Of a stretch of DNA of 64,000 bases, positions 55,473 through 64,000 are shown piece by piece. How positions within the stretch are numbered: the stretch's first letter is position 1; each line of letters starts with the position of its first letter. The notes beneath the pieces are model-generated. The model was not told the origin of the DNA. It saw only the letters and a program-made list of their open reading frames with translations, and did no database searches. The stretch covers positions 930,001 through 994,000 of the forward strand of contig JAQFVV010000011.1 in assembly GCA_028023455.1 (NCBI GenBank). Direction: 5' to 3'. The position numbers and the translations under genes were made by a program. The DNA is from Epiperipatus broadwayi. Taxonomy: Eukaryota > Animalia > Onychophora.

Positions 55473-56535
55473 TTACATTAGTTTAGTATAGACAATATAC
55501 TTATATTTGAATATTAATATCATTGTTATAAACTTGTCATATATTTTGACACCCCCCTCCCCATTACTGGAAATTAACTGATGTCACATCTGATTAATAA
55601 TGAAAACTGTAATAATAATAAAAACATTGTTAATTGTGAATTTACTTGAAATTTTGGCATTAATCTTAGGAATGGCTATATAAAATATCCATTTCAAAAT
55701 TAATAATATATTTTAATAATGATGAAAAAGAAAATATGGAAATGTTTAATAAATGAAGAATATTTTAAAATTAAATTAAAGCAATTTATATCTTCAACAA
55801 ATATTTAAAACTTTATCATTACTTAATAATAAGTTTTTATCTTGTAATGCCCTAGTGACGATTTTTTCAGACGCTCATTGCTAAGGTTTACAGCCTTGTT
55901 AAAACTATTAATAAACACAATTATAAATAAGACTACCCTCCCTCCCCCATCGCCACAATCATCAGAGGATAATATAATAATAAGAATGAAACACAGCAAT
56001 ATTTTATTAAAACATGTTAATGTAGTGTTTTTAATTATCATATTTATATTTTATAATTCACAGCTTTTGGAGGAGCTAATATTTCCCATTTAAATTTCAT
56101 ATATATTGAGTTATATCTTAAAGTAAACTATCTTTTAATATTTAATTTTTACAAAGTTTTATTTTATTATATAATGACATCATTTCAATTATTCTACAAT
56201 CTTCAAATATTTCTTCACCCTTATAGTTTAATAATAATAAAAAAGGAAATCTTCGAAGAAGAATATGGACTAAATGAAATATTAACATGGTTTACAATGA
56301 AGTATTGCTAAGTGTTAATAGAAGAAGAGAATTGTTTAAATAACCCTTAAATGTCTTGAATGTATAATGCAATAAATTTAATAGTTTTAAAATTACAAAT
56401 ATTTTTTTTTTTTTTAATTTTTATAGTGGCTGTGTTGTGTGTTTGTATTGTAGTTATTCCACTTGCTTAATTTTCTGTCTAGCCTGCCCTGATTTTAAGA
56501 CATCTTCAATGCTGAAATTAGTAAGAACAATAATT

Positions 56536-57131
56536 TATATAAATACAATTTGTACACCCTACTTCAAACACTTTATAGTAAAAAAAATGTATATACACAC
56601 ACACACAATCTGATGTTTCAGCTATCCTGCAAGTTTTTATCAGTATTATGATATAATGGCAAATAAAATAAATATAAATCAAATTTTAAAAATAAAAACA
56701 AAAACAAAATATAATAAGATATAATAAAACTAAAATAAATTAGGGGATCAGTAAAAAATAATAAATGAAATAATATTTTCTAATTAATGGTTGTTCATTA
56801 ATATAATATATACAGCAAGACAAATGTATAATCTATATTTATTTTATATATTTCAATTTACTGTTGTATATTTTATGTTATATTATCTGGATTATTTTAT
56901 TTTATTTGGTTTTAATTCCATTTTATTATATTTCATTTATTTTAGTTTTATTATGTTTTGTGTTATTTTTTTAAATGTTATTTGATTATATTATTTGTTT
57001 TATTTGTTATTATATTATAGCTCTGAAGAAGACTGCAGGATAGTTAAGACATCAGATTGATTGTAGGTACATAAACATATTTTTTTTTGCCTAAAGTGTT
57101 TGAAGTAAAGTGTACAAATTATATTTATATA
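56536..57131. mobile_element. Palindromic Penelope-pLTR-like element with one decayed HHR per arm
   Basis: Inverted arms; plus strand CTGAAGA-A-GACT-GCAGGAT-AGTT-AAGA-CA-TC (57020-57058); minus strand CTGATAA-AAACTT-GCAGGAT-AGCT-GAAA-CA-TC (56607-56645). Confidence 0.7.
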
Positions 57132-58214
57132 AAATATTACAACAAAATAAAGAAAGTGACCAGTTTATTGATATTTGGTAATAATTACATTTTTAAATAT
57201 TTATTTATGTTACATCAAAATGAATTGTCTCAAAAATTATTTCAAATTTATTCTTTAAAAAATTATTTTTTTAATAGCAAATAAAATTAAGTTTATCAGT
57301 AGTTTATAGTAGAAATTGGCTATATAAATATCTATGCATGTGAGTGTACACTTATCTGCTTGTATATATAAATTATCTGAAATGCAGTTAACAGTGTATA
57401 TTTATAAACTCTTCCAAATTATATCAATGTTTTTTAAGCTGAGTTCACAGACAAGTGCATGGAAATTTGTAAAAGAGTGCATGACCAAAGATTTTATTTC
57501 CCTTCTTATTATCAATGTTATTATTAAATAAATAGTTGAAAACACATTATTGCATAATCACTTATTAATTTTGTTAAGAAAGAAAGCCTCCTTTTCTTAA
57601 ATGAATGTCTTCACTTTATATTTTGGATTAAGAATGAAGTAACATAACATTCTGATTTTTACAAAAGAAATTGCTAGGAATATAATTGGAAAATTGTATG
57701 CCATTTTAAGGACAATTTTATATACAGCAATTTTAAATTAATAAAAAAAAAAATCCTATTTTAAAACTTATATACTAAAATTTATAATTTTGAATAAATT
57801 AAAAATAAATTAAATTCTTTTTTTAATATATGATAATGATTATATTTCTTCAGCTTTATTGTTTTTTTATGGTATGTTAGCTTTATGGAACATATATTTA
57901 ATCTTTATTACTAAGTAATCTCGTGTTATTGTGAAAAGTGCAATTTTAACCAAATTCATAAATATGTATGTAAGTAGAAAAAGTAATTCATAATTTTTCA
58001 TTTTCCCTAAAAATCAGTAACTGAAAAAAAAAAAGATATATTAAATAATTACTAAATTAATACAGAAAATTAATAAAAAAAAAAATTAACATATTAAAAA
58101 TTTTTATTGCTAAATAATCTACAAATATATATATTTTACTATAAAGTTAACATGCAAATATAAACATATATTCATTACACAGAATATATTGCAAATGTAC
58201 AGTTAATATAGCTT

Positions 58215-58758
58215 GTAGATAATAATATTTTTATAAAGCGCAGTCGATATTGAAATAAATGAGAGAGTGCAAGTCTCTCAAGCGCTTATGACTACAACCA
58301 GCCAATCAAATCTTAAGCAATGGGATAGAGAATTTTAATAAGAAAAGAGCAGTTCCACTCTCTTCTTTACTTGTCTTAATATATATCCAAGCCAGTCCAA
58401 AGTACTTATATTTGAAAGCGTGAATCTTAAATATCATCACACTTAATTATCTGAAATCAAATTTGATTTGATTGGCTGGTTGTAGTCATAAACGCTTGAG
58501 AGATTTGCACTCTCTCATTTATTTCAATATCGACTATGCTTTATAAAAATATTATTATTTACATATATTGCTGCAAATTTATATCATCGAAAAACTACGG
58601 CGTAATAAATCGAAAGATTTCACGCTGTATGTTTATAATTTGATTTCAGATAATTAAGTGTGATGATATTTAAGATTCACGCTTTCAAATATAAGTTCTT
58701 TGGACTGGCTTGGATATATATTAAGACAAGTAAAGAAGAGAGTGGAACCGCTCTTTTC
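58215..58758. repeat. Family C: interleaved inverted repeats X-Y-X'-Y'
   Basis: X 58215-58312 pairs with 58465-58562; Y 58342-58463 pairs with 58637-58758. Confidence 0.9.
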
Positions 58759-58762
58759 TCTG

Positions 58763-58837
58763 GCAATCCTCATTGTTTTATAACTTACAAGCTTAAGAGA
58801 TAGGGTCATGTGATCTATGACTCTTATTTTGACTATA
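58763..58837 (-). repeat. Inverted copy of the left part of the 60.1-kb hammerhead element
   Basis: Reverse complement matches 60125-60194 (ATAGTCAAAATAAGAGTCATAGATCACATGACCCTATCTCTT...GAGGAT). Confidence 0.85.
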
Positions 58838-60128
58838 ACTTATTATTGTTTAATATTTACATTTATTAAATGCAACAATATCACATGGCTTTCTCATACT
58901 GCATGCTCTTGATTATATTTAATAAAGCAAAAGTAATTAAAACAAATTAATAGACAGATGTTTATTTTTTTAAATTACTATAAAGACGTGTTGATACAAA
59001 AGTAAGGCAATTAATTATATTCACATAATTGTTTTCTATCAAAATTTTGTTTAGCTTATGAACCAAATTTCTCTACATCCATGCGTATATCATTCTACAA
59101 TTGCATCTATGTTTTAACCATATATTGGGATCATTTCCTTTTTATAGTTACTGTATAAAAGTATTGAAAATAGAATTTGAGGATCATTATAGAAGGGATC
59201 AAATCATAGGTAGAATTGTATTAATGATATCCATATGGGTGTCGAAGAATTCCATATACAAAAGATTTTGAAAGACAATGAGAATAGGAATATATTTTTA
59301 TACACTGAATATGACTATTAGCAGTAGTCACTTGCAAAGGAGTATGACCTTTCCAATCTCTAAGAGAAAAAAAGGATAGAAAACCAATTATATATACATT
59401 AACTAGAGATGAATTATACAATGATTATACAACTTAATCCATGAACTGCAAATATTTCTGCATTGTAATATACTGATTCATATTATTTTTCTCCAGCAAA
59501 TTTTTCTTTCTTAAAAACATCAATACCATGCCAAGTTGTAGCACTCATTTATTCAATAAATATTAAAATTAATTATTATTCAACATTTACATTTAATATT
59601 TATTGAAGTTCCCAAAGCTTATGGATGATTTAAGACTGGCAAATTGTAGTAAGATGATAAGAGATGTATTTTTATTACATTTCTTTTAGTCAAAATCATT
59701 AATCTGAGCTGGCGTCAGACTCAGAAAAAACAACATCCCAAAATATCCTTTATATCAACTTCCATACACTTCCTTTTGAAAAATACAAGAAATTTCATTC
59801 ATCAGGTTAACAATTTTTTCAAGTAACTTAAAATTAAGATGACATATAAAACAGAGATGGAAATATCAGATAATCTTCAGTCACTGAATCAACCTATACT
59901 GTGATTGATATTATGATAGTGGTACTAAGTGAAAATATCATAAAAATGTAAATTGCAGGTAACTATATTTACATACTGGTCATTCAGCATCTTCCCCTCT
60001 TTCCAACTTAAACCAATCATCGGTGATATCTATAGCATTTATTAAATGAATAATCAAATAGTTTAATTGTGTGAGAGTTTATAAGAAGTTTGAGCACTGC
60101 AAGTAACAGAGAAACAGGCAATTAATAG

Positions 60129-60356
60129 TCAAAATAAGAGTCATAGATCACATGACCCTATCTCTTGAGCTGGTAAGTTATAGACAGTGAGGATCTAGTG
60201 TCTGAACCTACCCTGGCACCTCTCTGAGGAGTGCCAAATCACGAAACCATGGTCAGGGGTTGGGGGGGGGTTCCTAACAGAGATATTTTAAGTGCTGGCT
60301 CTGGCTAAGCATTTATCACAAAGCTTGTTGAGGAATTTGCAATCCTCACTGTTTAT
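60129..60356 (+). mobile_element. Retrozyme-like ~230-bp insertion carrying an intact hammerhead
   Basis: 13-bp direct repeat AGGCAATTAATAG at 60116-60128 and 60357-60369; 16-bp stem 60179-60194 / 60342-60357 encloses the HHR. Confidence 0.6.
60218..60260 (+). ncRNA. Canonical type I hammerhead ribozyme, predicted GUC cleavage after 60254
   Basis: ACCTCT-CTGAGGA-GTG-CCAAAT-CAC-GAAA-CCATGG-TC-AGGGGT; every conserved core position present, stems I, II and III all paired. Confidence 0.88.
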
Positions 60357-60744
60357 AGGCAATTAATAGGTCTTAAGAGTCATCATTGCACCAAATCTCA
60401 CAGGGCGTATTTGCAGTGATTCTTAACATATGGACACATACCATTGGGGTGTATACTATAGACATACAAGTGTTATGCAAAAGATAGACTATTTTTGAAA
60501 ATTTATATTTAAATAATTTATTTCAAATAATGTATAACTGATATAATAAAAAGGACTTAAAACTCTTTGACATAGACAAAAGTGTTCAGGTTTATTGCAC
60601 TGAGGTCAAACTTGAGTCTAATTTGCACTTAAAATTAAGTGACATAGAACCTGAAGTACAAAATTCTCATTAATTTTAATTAAAAAGTTTCTTATAATAT
60701 TTTTGATTGTTTTTTTAATATAGTTTTTTTAAAAATATATATAC

Positions 60745-61469
60745 AAAACAACCACATGCAAACTTCTTTATAAATTTTGATTTATTATATGAATTATTAT
60801 AAAATACAAAAAATACTCCAACATTTCGACTATATTCTTTTATAGTTTTATCAAGGAACAACTAAAAATACATAAAAAAAAACAATAACTATAAATACAA
60901 ATATTCCACAATAATCCAATACATATAACAATTACAAATAACCTTAAAACTCTTCTGACAAACAATCTTAAATTTCCATTACATTCATTTCTTAAATACT
61001 TTTCTTAAAATAAACCCCTATAATTATTTAATTACATCAATTTATTACTTTTTTTTCAATTAACAACCTATTCATTACCGGTTTAATTTCATTAATACAA
61101 ATTCCTTTTTTAATAATTCTTTCATAATATGATCTAATACATTCCAATGATTGTGAATAGGTTAATTGGAAAAAAAAAGTTGATTTACTTAAATAATTAT
61201 AGGGGACTATTGTAAGGAAGGTATTTAAGAAACTAGTGTAATGATATTTAAGATTGTATGTCAGAAGAGTTATATGTATTTGTTATATGTATTGGATTGT
61301 TGTGGAATGTTTGTATTTATATTTATTGTTTTTTTTATGTATTTTTAATTGTTCTTTGATAAAGACTATAAAAGAATATAGTCGAAATGTTGGAGTATTT
61401 TTAGTATTTTATAATAGTTCATATAATAAATCAATATTTATTAAGAAGTACTTTGCATATGGTTTGTTG
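60745..61469. mobile_element. Palindromic Penelope-pLTR-like element, ~725 bp, U3-A8 HHR in each arm
   Basis: ~300-bp inverted arms; HHR motifs at 60816-60858 (minus) and 61352-61395 (plus). Confidence 0.8.
61352..61395 (+). ncRNA. Minimal type I hammerhead motif, U3-A8 variant
   Basis: TTCT-TTGATAA-A-GACTATA-AAAGAA-TATAGTC-GAAA-TG-TT-GGAG; perfect 7-bp stem II. Confidence 0.65.
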
Positions 61470-61729
61470 AAATTAATAGGCTATTTTTAAAATAGAAGTC
61501 TGTTTGTTATTGATTTAATTTAGTTTTTTTTTTTTATGTAATAATTTTGGAAATGCTAGTACTAATAACAGATATTTTGGTTCTAAATAAATAAAATATT
61601 TTTATTATGATAATTACGTTTTGGTTATCAAAAACTCTAAAATAATTATTTTTTATTTCCTGTCTATTTTTTTTATTTTGATGCCAATTTTTTTATTTTT
61701 ATAAAGGGTAGTGGTACAAAGAACTTTTT

Positions 61730-62231
61730 GGTCCTGATTTAGTTTGCGCTCATGGCCATTTTGAAATCTAAAAACCACCGCTGACATATCCAACTGATAA
61801 ATGATATAAATATTGAATAAAAGTACTTTAAATTTATATTTTAGAAATTATAAACTAGTTAAAAATAATAAGCTTTATTTTATTAGGGATTTTATTTTTA
61901 AAATTTACGTTTATAAAATATTTGAAATATGACAGTGCAAAATGCCAAAATATGGGGAGAGGAAGAATGGTTTGGCCAATCCAAAGGATCATCCAAAAGA
62001 TGCAGAAGTCTGATCAAACCAAAGTTATAATTTCCAAATACTAAAAAAATTATACTATATGCCCATATGAAATAAAGCATATTATTTTTATTAGCTTATA
62101 GTTTCTAAAATATGAATTTAAAGTTACTTTTATTCAATATTTATATCATTTATCGATTGGATGAGTCCACGGTAGTTTTGGATGGTCTTTACATTTCAAA
62201 ATGGCTGTGAGCACAAACTAAATCAGCACGG
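61730..62231. mobile_element. Mutator-like MITE, ~500 bp, same TIR family as 47953-49250
   Basis: ~150-bp TIRs GGTCCTGATTTAGTTTGCGCTCA / TGAGCACAAACTAAATCAGCACG; candidate 9-bp TSD GAACTTTTT / GAACTTGAT (7 of 9). Confidence 0.7.
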
Positions 62232-63451
62232 AACTTGATACTGTTTGGGTGGTATACAGTATCACAAACATTGAATGCTGTTAAAGCTCTAAAAATTAAA
62301 CAACTTTTAGTTCAAAGCATTTAATTTCTTAGATTTCACTCTAAGACCATCAATGCAATATTCAGAACACACTATTGACATCTGAGCTTATTTTTTAGTC
62401 TTCACATGGTTTAGTGAGTGATAGAGTGGTAGATACTGGAGCTCAAGATTCATGAATCCTGGCCTTATGAACTCCCGAGTAATAAAGCCATTTAATTACT
62501 ATTATAATTTGTTATTTGAACTGATTGTATGTATTAATTAAACTTGACAATTTTAATAAAATATATAATAACATTTCCTCTAAATCATTTGGGAAAAATT
62601 ATATGCGCTTGGTTAATTTTACTCAACACTGTTACTTTTTCAATCCAAAAACTAAAATTTGAATGTCATTTTGAATCCCAATAGCTTCTTTTAAACACGT
62701 GAGTACTCAGAATTGGATTGGTCCTTAGGAATATTGAGCTTTCCTCAGTGTGTATCTAGCTGAGGATTAATGCTTCTTTGTTAAAAAATACACACAGAAG
62801 ATAATTTTAGAATTCTATATCAGTTTTATAGCAAAAAAATCCTATAGTCATTTCTTATGGTTGTAAAATCATTTATTCATGACCTATGCAGAATAACTTT
62901 AAAAAAACTCATTCTAAAAAATACATTTACAATATACACACATTTGCGATAAGCAAAGAATACTCTGTACATAGTGTTTATTTATTTTTATAAATCATTT
63001 TCCATTGTTTACTAGTCAAATAAAGACACATAATCCCTGAAGACCAATCTCCTTTTTATATAAATCATTTCAAAAAAGTTGATTCAATATAGCAAAAAAG
63101 TAATCCCAAAACAATCATTGGTTCATGCATCACTTATAAAGTTGAAATAAGTAACTATGGACCTACATTGTAGATATTTTCTGGGTTTATTTTTTCATAT
63201 AGTCCATCCCTGGTAATACCTCACCTTAATAGTAGAGTGGGGACCAGATTTGCTGCCATTAATTGAAATTTACTTTTTTATATGAATTCTTTTTTTCATT
63301 CATGATTGCATGTAACATAAACCCATATATTATTACTTTTAATAAACTATGATAACTCCAGCATTGAAAAGTATAAACTATAAATAATTATATCAAAGCT
63401 TCTTGATAACTCCATAACCTAAGGTTAATAGCCATATCTTTTTTAAATATA

Positions 63452-63745
63452 CACTTTCAGGGGCATACAAATTATATTTTTTGCTCAATATTTTAATGAA
63501 TATGTGTTACTTGTTAATATTAAAAAATATTAATAAATTGATTATAAATTCCTGCTAACTTTAAAAATAACAATAAATGTATCATGAATAATCAAAGTTT
63601 GTTCTTAAAAAAATGCCTGTGAAAATTATATTTACTGCAGTTTAAATTATTTAATTTTAATTACAATTTATTGTTATACTTTTGTATAATTTCTTTTATT
63701 TTTCCATTAATAAAAAGGCTCTCTATTTGTATGTCCCTGAAAATG
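63452..63745. mobile_element. Tc1/mariner-type MITE, 294 bp
   Basis: TIRs CACTTTCAGGGGCATACAAAT / ATTTGTATGTCCCTGAAAATG with TA on both sides. Confidence 0.75.
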
Positions 63746-64000
63746 TATAATTAAAAAAAAACATGACTGCCAACCTTGGATTATGGGATTATCCGTAAGT
63801 ACCAAAAATTTCATGAAAATATAAATATAGCCTTATTTTTGGCATAAAATATCCTTTTGAAAGACAAATGTTTACTCAAAATAAAAGAAAAAATGTAGAC
63901 TTATATGTACTCAGTTAAATGTAGAAGTTTATACTTCCTCTTATTTTGAGTATAAGCCTGTAGTTACTTTAATATAATATTAATTTATTAACACACTTAT

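Noticed and set aside
1446-62080. Remaining short ORFs in the supplied track
   Set aside because: Low-complexity F/I/L/K/Y-rich translations typical of AT-rich DNA, or fragments and antisense frames of the RTE and LINE relics.
1-64000. CRISPR array, rRNA or prokaryotic operon
   Set aside because: No regularly spaced repeat-spacer array, no rRNA-like sequence, and very low gene density; the content is eukaryotic.

Overview
Very AT-rich eukaryotic (probably invertebrate) genomic DNA with one convincing protein-coding gene: a Rap2 small GTPase (53462-54010, minus strand) whose coding region is a single exon, with a CpG-enriched upstream region. The rest is intergenic or intronic and full of repeats: decayed RTE LINEs (4 pieces), another LINE 3' end, a Penelope-type GIY-YIG relic, Tc1, hAT and Mutator-like non-autonomous DNA elements, and a ~100-bp tRNA-Gly SINE (3 copies with exact TSDs). 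The main unexpected signal, read by eye, is about 16 type I hammerhead ribozyme (HHR) motifs at 10 loci. One (60218-60260) has a fully canonical core. The set shows three Watson-Crick variants of the core 3-8 pair (C-G, U-A, A-U). Many motifs sit as outward-facing pairs in palindromic elements, and some of these elements carry a one-sided leader and 12-15-bp TSDs, which suggests retro-insertion rather than MITE-type transposition. No folding, alignment or database search was run, so repeat coordinates are approximate (a few bp, more for decayed LINEs).
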